Shown: positions 13,806 through 25,678 of the stretch, in pieces | Position numbering within the stretch: the stretch's first letter is position 1 | Layout of the letters: every line of letters begins with the position of its first letter | Source of the DNA: Spongospora subterranea f. sp. subterranea | Lineage: Eukaryota | Assembly: GCA_049724395.1 (NCBI GenBank) | Contig: JAUGWO010000001.1 | Span: forward strand, 62,001-126,000 | Direction of reading: 5' to 3' | Length of the DNA: 64,000 bases | The notes under the pieces: generated by a model | Databases searched by the model: none | Seen by the model: only the letters and a program-made list of their open reading frames with translations | What the model was told of the DNA's origin: nothing | Translations under genes and position numbers: made by a program

Positions 13806-13915
13806 CGACAACATGTTCTGTAACAGGGGCGACTTAACAGGTGGCCTTGTAACGATTTGTGTTGAACTGGTCCCTACGATACGACAACATGTTCTGTAAC
13901 AGGGGCGACTTAACA
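13806..13915. repeat. 34-bp direct repeat pair
   Basis: cgacaacatgttctgtaacaggggcgacttaaca at 13806-13839 and 13882-13915. Confidence 0.8.
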
Positions 13916-14082
13916 ACCTGAGCCTTTGGCGATTTTGTGCTTGAAACTACTGGCTCTTGTCTGGTGTCTGGACATTACGGCCCACGGTCCACGGCATTTG
14001 AAAACCCTCGACCACAGCAACAGGTTAAGGTTGGACTTGGACAAACGCATCGATTCTGACTGGCGATTGACCGAATTGCGAA

Positions 14083-14871
14083 ATGTCAATGGCGCCGGTG
14101 GACGACGAAAACAAACCTGGCTCTCCCAACACCCAACAGGCAAATTCTGAGAATACACCCGTCGCTGATGAGGCGGAAGATCCCGTAAGCAAATTGGACT
14201 CAGTTCGTGACATGCACTGGCAATTGCACAAATTCTGGGGCGCGCACGGGGAAAGATTTCAGCGTATTTGGGAGACCATGACCCCTACTGCTAGGCGGGA
14301 ATTATTCCAGATTGTTAGCCCTGATGCACCTGAAAACCCTTCACTGCCCTATATTACAATCAATGGGAGAAGAACTATGGTTGACACATCCTCAATTCAT
14401 TTGATTCCCGAGTTCTGTATCGAATCATTAGTGAACGAAAAGAACCTTGTGCAGACATTCAACTTGTGGACATTGCCTCCGTTGGACGTTGTCGCCTGGG
14501 AGGCCCTGAAGTTCACTCGATTCAAGGTCAGCCAAGGGCACCTCAAGCTAGAGGAGGCTGAAGACGAAAACGAGTTCGTGTTTATCCTGGGCGAGCGTTT
14601 TGGCCAACATGCCCGGATGCGCCAAGATGCAGACACAACGGAAGTCTTGAACATGAACAGGACGAAGCGTCGAGGTGCTCTTTCCACAGTTCCAGAATTT
14701 TCCTTAGTTGAAGATCGATTGTATCGGGGCATGACAATATTATCGACGTTCGCGGAAGAGTTTGCGAACGCCTACATAGAGGCGGGAAGAGGATCGTCTG
14801 GAGACGGGCTCGCTGTTGAAGTTGAAGAAGCTGATGCCTCCGCAGGCACCGTACTTCCAAGAAGAAAATAA
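14083..14871 (+). CDS. Hypothetical protein, 262 aa, single exon
   Basis: Long ORF with globular-looking composition; family not recognised. Confidence 0.65.
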   Translation: MSMAPVDDENKPGSPNTQQANSENTPVADEAEDPVSKLDSVRDMHWQLHKFWGAHGERFQRIWETMTPTARRELFQIVSPDAPENPSLPYITINGRRTMVDTSSIHLIPEFCIESLVNEKNLVQTFNLWTLPPLDVVAWEALKFTRFKVSQGHLKLEEAEDENEFVFILGERFGQHARMRQDADTTEVLNMNRTKRRGALSTVPEFSLVEDRLYRGMTILSTFAEEFANAYIEAGRGSSGDGLAVEVEEADASAGTVLPRRK

Positions 14872-15401
14872 ATACGCGGTGGAAAACGCCAAAATATTTT
14901 CCGCAGGAACAGTTTTTACTCTCAAGGAGTGGCATTTTTTTGCCTTCTGTTCATTGATGCTTTACGACATCGAATTACGTACCGGTTTTTTGGCACATCA
15001 AATCTAAGGAGTGCTGAGCTGGTTATATGAACTTACTCAGATAGCCTTCACTTCAATGTTGCAACATTCTGGATGTATCTTTGCCAGTATCAAGATATTG
15101 TGGGTCAAGGCCGCGTCGAGACCTTTCAGGGCCAGCGTCAAATCACTGTGCACCGGTAAATTCAGGCCATCGTCGACCTGGGCAAATTATTCAGGGGTCG
15201 CGTCGAGAGGTACTGTACGGCGTCAACTCACGTCCCGTAAACCCTAACACATTTGGCACAGTAGAGACTCAACGTCCCGCAAAGTACGGTAGAAATTTGG
15301 GAAAATGGGTATATTTAGGTCAGCGCCAACCAGGTCACTTAACGAAGGAGTGACCCTTCGTATCGACTTCCATCAGGTCTCTTCAATTGTCGATTTACGT
15401 C

Positions 15402-17354
15402 ATGATTAGATATGGGAGTATGCGAGCTGTGTTCAGCTCGGATGATTTCGAGGCTAGACCAGGTCAGATTGTGGTCGATTGTGAATCGGGCGTGATCGTG
15501 TCGACGTCGCGTGTTTGGCCTGTATCACGGAGCGGCCCGAACGATATCGATATTGTCGATTTCGGCAATTTGCTGCTTTTCCCAGGTTTGGTGGACAGTC
15601 ATGTGCACGTCAACGATCCAGGCCGAGGTTATGACGCCATCTCATGACTGTGTATGTTGCCCCTCAAGTTGTCCTCAGATCATTGGGAGCGTTTCGATTG
15701 CGCAACGAAGGTCGCACTCGTTCACATATTACACTCAGACTCTGAGCGAATGGTTTAGGCTGCTGTAGCTGGAGGAACCTGCACCATTGGTAAAGTCCAC
15801 TATCGACTCATCTTGGTAAACATTGTGTTGATGTTTTTGCTCAGGCGACATGCCACTGAATTGTATTCCGGTAAAATCGTTGTTGTTTTCTTTGCGAATA
15901 TGGTTTGCGTTGCAGTAAACTCGGAACGAGTTATTGTTTGCAATGTCGTTGAACCGACAGAAAATGATCGAGGTTCCTTAGGTGACAACCACAAGAGCGG
16001 CTGTAGATCAAAAGAAACTTGCATGTGAAGCGAAATTATGGACAGACGTGTGTCTGATCGGGGGTCTTGTTCCAGATAATGCATCGTCGCCTGCGCTGAC
16101 CGAGCTGATAACGGCCGGCGTTGTTTCAGTGAAGGTATGTATCGAGAGATCACGTCTGACTGATTGCCTCATCAGTTGCCAGGCGTTTATGTGCCATTCT
16201 GGTATCGACGATTATCCAAAGTCCGACATTTTAAATTTGGAAACGGCAATGCCAACCCTTGCATCTAACGGTATCCCCTTAATGGTTCATGCCGGTAGAA
16301 TTCCACTCGAAGTTATTGACCATTTTTGACATCATTCTCTAGAACTTGAATGTTGTTCGTCGCCCGAAACTCCCCCAACTTTAACACCGGATCCCCGTGC
16401 GTACTCAACGTTCTTAGCGTCGCGCCCAGAATCGATGGAAACGTCTGCTATTGACGCCATTTTGCATTTATGCGAACTGTTGGTGGTACATCAACAAAGG
16501 TCCCCAATGTATTTTTGAAGTTTCGTGTTGGCAGGTATAATTGCCCGATTCACATCGTCCATTTGAGCTCAGCCGCGACATTGCCGGCGTTGATCTCAGC
16601 TCGCCAACGCGGTCTCCCCGTTACTGTCGAGACCTGCCCTCATTACTTGTGCTTTTGCGCTGAAGATATATCCGATGGTCAAACCGTTTTCAAAGTATTC
16701 TCGCCCGGAACGGTATCTGGCCACTTCTGATCTCGCGATTTCCCAGTGTTGCCCGCCGATAAGGGAGAAATCCAATCAGGATCAATTGTGGGATGCGCTG
16801 CTGAACGGGGACATCGACATGATCGTATCGGATCACTCTCCTTCTCCGCCGGAGCTAAAGTGCATCGGCTCTGGGAACTTCATGGCAGCCTGGGGAGGGA
16901 TAGCTGGTCTCCAATTTAGACTTCTGTAGGACCAACATTGATCTCTGTCCTGGCGATTTCTCAAATACCTGTCATCAGCGCGATTTGGACCGCAGGACAA
17001 AGTAGATCAATACATTTTGGCCATCTCGCCAAGTGGCTCTGCGAATCTCCTGCGAACTTGGTAATCATTCCCACCCTCACCGGTTCTTTTGGTTTAAACC
17101 GTCTTCAGCTGGGGCAGTTTGGGCGTAAAGGGCGTCTCGCTGCGGGATATGACGCTGATTTCGTAGTTTGGGACCCAGATGGCACATCGACCGTTTCTAC
17201 AGTTCACCATCTGCATAAGCAAACGCCATACTCCACTATGAAGTTTCGAGGAAGAATCCACTTGACCTATCGCGCAGGGACGGTCGTATTCGCGTACGAT
17301 GGGGAGAAATTTGGGCGGGCAACAGGCAGGATATTGGCGAAAAGGGTCGGGTGA
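15402..17354 (+). CDS. Allantoinase (cyclic amidohydrolase family), multi-exon
   Basis: [90 protein letters not shown]. Confidence 0.92.
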
Positions 17355-17479
17355 TGGGGGTGTGATCACCCATACAACCGCTGTATCGCCAGATGCCTTT
17401 CCCTCGGGAATATCATCAACTAAACTGATTAGTTTTCTGTTTATTTGAATACGAGTGTCGTAATTAATGAAGCTCTGGG

Positions 17480-18439
17480 TCACGGTCTCGAAATTCTCGG
17501 GACGGATGCGGGTCGCAAGAGCGGCGGTGCCGTTCCAGCCGGGATCGGCATTGACCTGAGCCCGGCCGACGGCCTTGGCCCATCCGGGTTTGATGCCGAG
17601 CTGTACCCGTAAGGCACAGGCACATCACATTCCTCATCCTGAACAATCTCAACCGTTTGCCGTTGCTGAACGATCGCTGGAACCGGTGGGGCCGGCGTCG
17701 GCACGATGACCGGGCCGTTGGTGACGGGTGGAGCCGTTTCCTTCGATGGGCAGGCTCCAAGCGTGGCGCCCTTCTCTAGGAACTCACCCAGCGACTCAAC
17801 AGGCACCTTGATGTTGGTCAACACGTGGGGAAGGCAAATAGGAACGTGCACTGCCTTGGCGTCCGATGTGGTCGGTGCTGGTGTGGTCGGTGATGGTGTA
17901 ATCGTCGCCTTCTTCTTTGGTGCTTTAGTTGCCCTCTGAGGATTCTTGGATTTCCGAGGCGATTTCGTGTTGTTCTGAGGCAGATGGACGTCCGGAAGCG
18001 GAGTCGTGTTATTTTGGGGCAGCGGGGCGTCCGGTGGCGTTTTCGTGTCGTTGCGAATCTCGACGCTGGTCGGCGGCGCCTTTGTCAGGTTCAGAGACGT
18101 CGGAGGCGGCGAGGTTGGTGTATCAGGAGGCGGTGACGTTGTAGCCGGCGGGCAACTGCCTAATTTCCCACCTTGTTTCAAGTACGCTTCGACCAGGTCG
18201 GCTTCGACCTCGACAGTTTGCTGATCTGATGTGCACAAAGTCTGGGTGGATTTCGCCGTTGCTGGTGTCGTGCCACCGCCGCCGCCTTTCTTCACCCCCG
18301 TCCCCGGTCCGACATTATCGCCATTCCCTTGGCCGATATTGACGATGATGTCGTTCCCGTACCCTTTGTTGGATTGCGCCATCGACGCGTAACTGGCCAG
18401 GAGGACGATGCACGTCATGAGAACAGCATTTCGATCCAT
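17480..18439 (-). CDS. Secreted Pro/Thr-rich protein with two copies of a small two-Cys domain
   Basis: Signal peptide MDRNAVLMTCIVLLASYASMA. Repeats LCTSDQQTVEVEADLVEAYLKQGGKLGSCP and ICLPHVLTNIKVPVESLGEFLEKGATLGACP separated by a P/T linker. Confidence 0.8.
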   Translation of the reverse strand: MDRNAVLMTCIVLLASYASMAQSNKGYGNDIIVNIGQGNGDNVGPGTGVKKGGGGGTTPATAKSTQTLCTSDQQTVEVEADLVEAYLKQGGKLGSCPPATTSPPPDTPTSPPPTSLNLTKAPPTSVEIRNDTKTPPDAPLPQNNTTPLPDVHLPQNNTKSPRKSKNPQRATKAPKKKATITPSPTTPAPTTSDAKAVHVPICLPHVLTNIKVPVESLGEFLEKGATLGACPSKETAPPVTNGPVIVPTPAPPVPAIVQQRQTVEIVQDEECDVPVPYGYSSASNPDGPRPSAGLRSMPIPAGTAPPLLRPASVPRISRP

Positions 18440-18494
18440 CGATTAAATAAAGTGTTGGCAATGTCGAGACCCGTTAGTAAATGCAGCTAGCCGA

Positions 18495-18542
18495 TGAGTC
18501 AATCATCATGAAATTATCTACAAAACTGCCAAACTTGACTCA
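18495..18542. promoter_or_regulatory. Two TGA(C/G)TCA sites upstream of the Pro/Thr-rich secreted gene
   Basis: TGAGTCA 18495-18501 and TGACTCA 18536-18542. Confidence 0.6.
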
Positions 18543-18721
18543 TTTCCACAGCAGCGGGTGGTGGAACAGAGAGTTAGGTCCTGTGCGATTAATCTGGACC
18601 AATATCGGTTGTCATCGCCAACGGCGACTGTGGAATATCACACAATCGCCACAATGAACGAGAAGCAATTTGGGTTTTATGATGTTTTAGATGATGGGTG
18701 GGAATATCGGGCCAGGATCGA

Positions 18722-19051
18722 TCAGTGATAGTAGTCATTGTATGGGAGATGGCGATCGTGATCCAATCCGCCATGGGCCATATCGACCATCTCATCGTGA
18801 CTCAAATGGTCGCGATCATGGCCATGATGATACCCGTGGTGATGATCGCCCTCGTCGTCGCCGTCGTCGTTATGATAGGGGACCGGGACGTGATCCTGGA
18901 CCGAGATCTCGACCTCGATCTCGTGCTCCTTTCCCTCCCGATGGGCCAGGTCCTCCTCGTTCCTGTGCGCGTCCCGGAAATCGTCTTCCGACGCGATCGC
19001 CACGGCCATCGCCATCGCCATCAGCACCACGATCATCACTGTTTCGTTCAT
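18722..19051 (-). CDS. Secreted His/Asp-rich protein C (singleton), intronless
   Basis: MNETVMIVVLMAMAMAVAIA|SEDDFRDAH...EHEIEVEISVQDHVPVPYH...HHHGYHHGHDRDH...YYH*; TGACTCA at 19185-19191. Confidence 0.82.
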   Translation of the reverse strand: MNETVMIVVLMAMAMAVAIASEDDFRDAHRNEEDLAHREGKEHEIEVEISVQDHVPVPYHNDDGDDEGDHHHGYHHGHDRDHLSHDEMVDMAHGGLDHDRHLPYNDYYH

Positions 19052-19688
19052 GGAGCTCCTCGTTTTGAGTTGTTTGAAATGTTGTGTGGAATGGGGCGAG
19101 TTTACCAATCTGACCCTGAACCCGACACCCACCCGGTTCCGGTTGGCTCAACATATCGGGTTCGTTCCGATAATGCTCCAACCGTGACTCATCGTTCGTG
19201 GCAGTTCGATGATCGTCCTGATCGATACTGTATTCCCTGGGCCCATCCGCCCACACGATTTCATTGTCGCCAACTCTGATAATACAGTCGACTCGACCGG
19301 GCCACTCCTCTCAACAAAACGCAATTGCAGTGCGACTTTTGTCACGATCAATCGCTCTTTCGTTGGCCAGTTTGCGGTGCCTATCTTCCTGTCGCCAACA
19401 ATATGTGTCGCCGAATAGCATCGCTCAATCCGGACCCGCTCCCTGGAATCAAAAACAGGAAATCGCCGATGTCAATGGGCCCTGCGCAGGCGGGCGTCAA
19501 CTGACCAATGGGCAATCGATTGATCAGTTGACCCCGAATATGATGATCGCGATGACAGCGAGACGAGCGGTTGACGGCTGACGGGAACCCCAATCAAATT
19601 CGGCACAGATTGGGGGACGTCTTCCCCCCCGATCGGCGACTCGGCGAATAATCCATGGCAGAAACATTCGGCGAAATCGATCGACGAG

Positions 19689-20030
19689 ATGACCATGGGC
19701 GACCTCGACGAATGGCGAAGCGTTCACCGAACGCTGTCCTTCGACCTGGCGTTCCCCAACCTCTACGGCGTCATATTTCTCAAGCAGATACCGGCGCAAG
19801 GCAACGGCAACGGCAACGCCCCGCCGCCGACACCAGAAGACCCGCCCAAAAAATTCAAGTCGATGCAACGTCTGCCGCCCGGTCGGGCGAGGTTCGTCGT
19901 CAATCGCCTCCGACACGTCTCTATCCTCGAGGAACCCGACCTGAAACCGGACCCCATTTCCAACCGTTTACCCGTATTCGAGAAGATAGCGCCGTCCAGA
20001 GACTCACCAGAACTTCTTCTTCGCTGTTAA
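19689..20030 (+). CDS. Small hypothetical protein with C-terminal RLPVFEKI motif (5' end may extend upstream via an intron)
   Basis: 113-aa ORF, frame open upstream to ~19608, GC-rich codons. Confidence 0.5.
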   Translation: MTMGDLDEWRSVHRTLSFDLAFPNLYGVIFLKQIPAQGNGNGNAPPPTPEDPPKKFKSMQRLPPGRARFVVNRLRHVSILEEPDLKPDPISNRLPVFEKIAPSRDSPELLLRC

Positions 20031-20392
20031 TAAACGGGCTCCTCTTCCCCTGTTTTTGGCCGTTTTTGGTCTTGGCGAACACTGGCGCTGCGCTGTGGGT
20101 GAACGGGGGTCGTTCTCGATTTTCGGGGAACTTGGGGCGCAAAAAATAGGGCAGCGCCTTCGTCACGAAACTCCTTCTCGTCGATCGTTGTGTCGTGATT
20201 TCGGGGAGTGAATGGATTTGAAGGGCAAAATGGCGTTTGATAAATTGTGTTTATATTGTGCAGAGATTGCTAATTAAATGACCGAGGGCGGGGCGGGGTT
20301 TGTCGAACACAAAATCAGGAATGGGAATTAATGAGGGCGATGAGCGGTGAGCAGCGGGGTTATGGGGAAACACCCAGGGGATTGTCGACCGA

Positions 20393-21124
20393 TCAATCAT
20401 CGTGATGACCGTGATGATGATCCTCTTCATCGTCCAGATAGTGGGACAGGTGCTTGAACGCCTCGTCGTGCCCCTCGACATCGTCCCGATCGAAGTCGTC
20501 GGCGATGTGGTGCTCCTGTTCGTGGTTCTCGGAATCGTGATGGATCTCGGAATGGGAGTCCTTCCCGCTGACGACGGCGTTCAGATAGGCGATCGTCTTC
20601 ACCTTCGCCGTGTCCTTCACCTTCCCTTCGAGCTCGTGCACCCCGTCGTCCTTGTGGTAATCGTCATTATCGTACAGCTCGCGATCGGTATTGTCGCGCT
20701 CGAAATGGGATTCGTGTCCGCCGTGCGTTCCCTCATCGCCGTGATGATCGCCATGATGACCACCGCCGCCGCCGCCGCCGCCGTGTTTCCTGAACCCATG
20801 GAAATGGCGCCCTGGGCCATGGTAATCCCCATCATCGCCACCGTCATCATCATCGTCACCGTCATCGTCATGATGATGGTGATTGTCGAAATGATCGTCG
20901 TCGTCGTCGAATATGCCATGGCCGCCCTCGTAGTCGTCGCCGAACCCGTCGTAGAAATCCGCGAATTCGTCGCCCTCCTCATCGAACGCATTGTGTCGTG
21001 GGTGATGATGACGCCCTCCAGCGCCATGGTTCATCATATGGTGTTGGCCGAATCGCCCCCCGTTACGAAACGCCTCAGACAATCCGATGACCAGCGCCAT
21101 CATCACGATCGCCCTCCATATCAT
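20393..21124 (-). CDS. Secreted His/Asp/Gly-rich protein D (family 1), intronless, 243 aa
   Basis: Signal peptide MIWRAIVMMALVIGLSEA; core HELEGKVKDTAKVKTIAYLNAVVSGKDSHSEIHH; TGACTCA at 21216-21222. Confidence 0.9.
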   Translation of the reverse strand: MIWRAIVMMALVIGLSEAFRNGGRFGQHHMMNHGAGGRHHHPRHNAFDEEGDEFADFYDGFGDDYEGGHGIFDDDDDHFDNHHHHDDDGDDDDDGGDDGDYHGPGRHFHGFRKHGGGGGGGGHHGDHHGDEGTHGGHESHFERDNTDRELYDNDDYHKDDGVHELEGKVKDTAKVKTIAYLNAVVSGKDSHSEIHHDSENHEQEHHIADDFDRDDVEGHDEAFKHLSHYLDDEEDHHHGHHDD

Positions 21125-21516
21125 TTGGGTGATCGATGGGCGTTATTAAATATATAAGTGACGAGATGGGTGTAAAGTGTCCGATCACGACAGATATGTG
21201 TTGATTCATTGTCAGTGACTCAACATTGTCTGGCTGACACCCTCCTTATACACCCAATCCCAATTCCATTCGTCACTATCGTATATCCGATGTTCATTTA
21301 GGTTCATTTTTGTCCCGTTCCGCATCGTCAGCGTTTTAAACCCCAGTCAATCGCCTTGATCGATATCGATGTTGTACCAGTTCATGCCGCGTCAACAAAT
21401 GTAGATTTGGGGTCAATCGCAGTGGAGAATCAATATACATACACTAGAGTGTAGTATGCCAACGGCAGTACCCCAGTCCACGTTACACGGTGGGGCCACC
21501 CAGAGAGCCCAACGAG

Positions 21517-22865
21517 ATGGCGCTACCGGGGCCGGCGAATGACGATGATGGGGACGGGCGTGTCGCCGAACCTGTGGTGATACGGGATGACCGGGCGATA
21601 CTGGTCCTGTCGTGTAGGTCGTGTCGAACGATATTGGGCGACACGTCGACCATGGTGGATATGTCGGAGAAGTTTGGCAATATCACTGTTGCTCTGGTCG
21701 CCAATGTCGTCGTCCATTCCACACAGGTATAGGCCATCGATACTGGGAAAGGGGGGCTGGGATGGTTCTTGGACCTATCTCGCTGAACGTAGTTAGCTGG
21801 ATCTGTTTCACAATACATCAACATTCTGCCCCGAACCGGTTTTTCATGTTGACCACGACATCAAACCCACACACTCAATCGTCATCGCACCTGTTTGTTT
21901 ACTATTGACCCGATTATGATTTCGTCAACGGTTCGTTTCTGTCGCATAATTCCCTCATATTGTTTTCATCGTGCGACCGAGGTGTTTCTTCTTACGCTCA
22001 TACCCCGTTTGTTGTCGTCGTTCCGATTGGGGTGCACTATCGTTGCCTGTTCATCTCACGAATGTGTTCCTCAGCCGGTGATGTCGTCAGTCGGTTACGA
22101 CGCCATCTCGGTCTACCTAGATGTCGTGTGCGGTGAATGCGGGGCGGTGGTCGGTAAACAATATATCAGCACGCCAACCCATATGGACGGGCTCAGGTAC
22201 CCTGATCTCCCTCCTCCCCATACGGATTCCCCAGCTCACCTTCTCGCTCGTGTTGACAGGCACATGTTTACATTATCGTTGGACGCCATTACCACGTAGG
22301 TTGTCAATTACTCAATCCATTTAATTGGTTTCTTGATCTCAATCGTCGTTGCCGATCTCGCTGTGAACGGTTCCAATCGCGTTCTATTCATGCCCTTCCC
22401 TTTCGCTATTTGCGGCACTTCTCGTTCTCGTATTTTCTCCCGTTTGTCCAACATCCAAACAATCTCTCGGTTCATCTCAATTTGGCTGTATTTTGAATGA
22501 TATTTTTGCGCCAACGACACGAAAACAGAAGTCGATACAGTTTCTTCAAGCGGATGGCGCTAGTTTCAGTGAAGTGGTCGTTGCCTGGCATCTTTCGGTT
22601 GAATTTTGGTGCTTTATTGATTCATACTGTTGAAGATGTGGATTGGATGTGTTGTTTGGTGTATTGATGGAGTGTCGTCGACAGGTACGAGATCGGATCG
22701 GGGCGGTCATCGTTATCGCCATCGGACAGTACCGCTCTGCGAGGGCTATTGACGCTCCATGATATTCGACAGCAGTACGAGCGGATCAGCGATATCGTCA
22801 TGATACTGTTCGAGCGAATGGACACGCTCGAGGCGTCGTCCAGTCAGAACACCTCAAATATATAA
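21517..22865 (+). CDS. MIS18: Mis18-like (Yippee/Mis18 zinc-binding) centromere protein, 4 exons
   Basis: LSCRSCRTILGD...VVCGECGAVVGKQYISTPTHMDGLR HMFTLSLDAITT YEIG followed by a C-terminal helical segment. Confidence 0.75.
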
Positions 22866-23195
22866 AAGATCATCGACATAAGATTCGCAAAAAGTGGGTT
22901 CGTCGAACTGTGAAGACGGTGATCCCATTATCGTCGTCATTTCGTGAATCCGATCTAGAACCGAATTCCCTCGTGATCATCGTCAACGAGACGACGTCAA
23001 CACACCTAATCTGCGACGGGTCATTCGCTCTCTCTCTCTCTCTCTGTTCAACCGGTCGGTGTAGTTTGTTCTGGAACGTTCTGGTCAACGCGGAGACCGT
23101 CGTGACATGTTCTAGAACGGGCAGTTGTCTATTTATATGGACCATCATCGTTGTATTTGGTTATACCGTCGCCCATCCCTAAATCATTACCGAAT

Positions 23196-23988
23196 ATGTC
23201 GCCAACTGCCCAAGCCGTCATGTTCGTCGTCGCCCTGATCGTGGTCGTGGCCCACGCCCAAGTCGTCAACGTCACCAACACGACCAGCAGCAGCGCCCCA
23301 CCCCACAACGGCACCATGCACCGACCGCCCCAGAAGTCCACGACGTCATCGTCGCCGTCCAAATCCGGTACTGGCCCCCCCAATTGACCCACACACAATC
23401 CGACACCGGTTCTGACCGGGGGATAACAGGTGTTCCTCTCTCAAAGCTGTGTAGCGATCGACATTCGCGTCACCGACGAGTATTGCTCGGCCAATTGCAA
23501 TCACGATCCCCCATTCTGTGAGCCGAATCGCTCACCCTCTCGTTCGTCAAATACTGATTTCCTCGGTCGCGTTCGTTCCCCGTTTTTGTTCAGGTCCCTC
23601 GAACCTCTGTAGCTGTGGGAGCGTTGTCCTGCCAACGTGTAAGGCGATCAGCCCGGTGGCGACCGATTACTGGTGCCAAGCGACCTGTACCAACATCCCG
23701 CCATTCTGCCCTCCCGACCTATGTCGCTGCTCGGGCGGTACCGACGCCCCAAGCACGACGGCGCCGGTCAGGACGACCCCCGCCCCCGTCCCCACAACCG
23801 CCGCCCGGAATATCACCGCCCCCGCTACCACAATCGCTCCAAACACCACCACCATCGCCCCGAACGTCACGATCGCCCCGAATGTCACGATCGCCCCGAA
23901 TGTCACGATCGCCCCGAACGTCACGATCGCTCCGAACATGACCTCGACCCCAATCGTTGCCAACGCCACCGCCGTTCCCGTTCAATAA
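23196..23988 (+). CDS. Secreted protein with two 6-Cys modules and an IAPNVT-repeat stalk (first intron boundaries uncertain)
   Basis: Signal MSPTAQAVMFVVALIVVVAHA. Modules CVAIDIRVTDEYCSANCNHDPPFCPSNLCSC and CKAISPVATDYWCQATCTNIPPFCPPDLCRC; 18-bp repeats encoding (T)IAPNVT. Confidence 0.78.
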
Positions 23989-24085
23989 TGGTAATCGAGC
24001 TCTCTCCTTTCCAGGCACAACCCCCACAGAACTACAACATTATAAAACAATCAAACTCCTTGACAAGTTCATCACATGTGTCAGA

Positions 24086-24747
24086 TTATAATTTATGGGG
24101 AATCGATAGGAATTTCGAGTGACTCGTACACGCGATCACTTTTCCTGAACTTGAATAGAACCGCACGCTCAGGAACGCGATCCGCCGCCCGATCTTATCG
24201 CAGACGGCTTCGATTCTGTGGAAGGGATTGATTGTGTTAGGGAGAAAACTGTGACAGAACCTGGTTCTCAGGTGCGATATTTCCCTGACGTGATCGTCTC
24301 CCCGATCGGCGCTGGTCGAGTGAAGGTCGTGTCGAGCTGGATGCTGGCCCCGGCGGCACCGTTGGACGAGAAGACGATCAAGGCCAGGGTCGAGACGATA
24401 TCGGCCAACGACACGATAGCGCCACCGTGAAGGGCGCCGAACCCGTTCGTGATCTGAACAATGATCGTGTGGGTGTTCTCTCATGTTGTGGCGATTCCAG
24501 TGTCCGTTGTTGTTATTGTTGTGGTTCGAGGAGGAGGAGGAGAGGTGGCGATTATATTATATACCTGGTCGGTGACGACGATCGCGGCCGTTAAACGCAT
24601 CTGGGCGCGGTCGACCGATACGACCTCCATCGGGGCGAAGTGTCGATTGAAACACGATCCCTTCATGGCGCTCCACCTCGCATTGGCCAGCTCCAGCAGG
24701 TCCTGGCACCGCCCATCGCCCCCATCATCCCCGCCCTCTGAGCTCAT
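24086..24747 (-). CDS. PaaI/ACOT13-type hotdog-fold acyl-CoA thioesterase, 3 exons
   Basis: Spliced: ...LTAAIVVTDQ ITNGFGALHGGAIVSLADIVST...SIQLDTTFTRPAPIGETIT IEAVCDKIGRRIAFLSVRF...SHSKF. HGG motif present. Confidence 0.85.
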
Positions 24748-25140
24748 ATCGCGACCCAGTCTAGCGCCACCTCGGTGTCCGATATCGCCAGTTCGCCACG
24801 TGACTCGACTGTGGGTGGTGACGAGGGGGGTCCCATAAATCGCCATCTGTTCCAGTCATTATCATTATCGAGGGATGGCGCTATCCATTGTTTGGACCAG
24901 TATCGCCCATCGACTCAACATGACGATAGCGGTATTTGATGTCCCTTTGGTTATTGCAGCCCAGATTTATCAGAGGATAACGATATTTGGGGTCCGATCG
25001 CCCCTTCTGAATTGTGATATAGCGATGATAGCGATGGTCCAGTGATTCATTGAACAGGATCATGGTCATTGCGGGATAGATTAGAACGAGGTGGCGGTTT
25101 ATCAGTCTGTGGCCGGGACCATAAAGGGATTCGCAGGTGT

Positions 25141-25267
25141 TGACGATGATGAACGGGGAGTTGATCAGGTTGACGATGATGAACGGGGAGTTGATCAGGT
25201 TGACGATGATGAACGGGGAGTTGATCAGGTTGACGATGATGAACGGGGAGTTGATCAGGTTGACGAT
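25141..25267. repeat. 30-bp perfect tandem repeat, ~4.2 copies
   Basis: tgacgatgatgaacggggagttgatcaggt x4. Confidence 0.9.
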
Positions 25268-25678
25268 CGCGCTCAGCGATCAAGTTCAACCAGAACCTAT
25301 CCAATGGTGAGCCACATCAGCTCTCTCACACTGAGGAACAGAATCCCGTTCGGTGATTGTTTTGACAACAGTTCGCCACCATCGCTCTATCCCTGATACG
25401 CGGTTCAACGCTAGTTCAGCACATGATCGATACGACTGGTTCTGTCCAGCAAACCGCAGCGTCGTGACATATTCTGATAGTTCCCCTGTTCCAAGATCAC
25501 AACATACTCGTCTAAAACCGTGTTTCGCTGTGTGAATCGCAACGACAACAAAAGAGAACGGGCGATCGAGATTGCACAAGACATTGTGAACATTTTGTAT
25601 TGAGGTGTTTCTCTTCTTGTTTTCGGGGAACGCCAGTGGGGCTTTGGCTTTTGCCTGAAATACGGGCCCGATCCCCAA

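Noticed and set aside
13806..13915. 34-bp repeat, 42-bp spacer, 34-bp repeat resembling a mini CRISPR
   Set aside because: Only two copies, eukaryotic context and no cas genes; a simple local duplication.
15402..17354. Allantoinase, Mis18 and DUF72 as metal-related members of the His-rich system
   Set aside because: Ordinary intracellular proteins without the upstream motif; no evidence beyond proximity.
20402..21157. Long Met/Val/Ile-rich 'membrane protein' ORFs (also 18698-19279, 26909-27301, 41788-42105, 54442-55242, 56079-56573)
   Set aside because: Antisense or shifted-frame shadows of CAT/CAC/GAT/GAC-rich codons in the His/Asp-rich genes.
24875..25396. Possible acidic-repeat gene (GVDQVDDDER)n or an eleventh His-containing gene (QPDQLPVHHR)n
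   Set aside because: No consistent spliced model or signal peptide found; kept only as a repeat.
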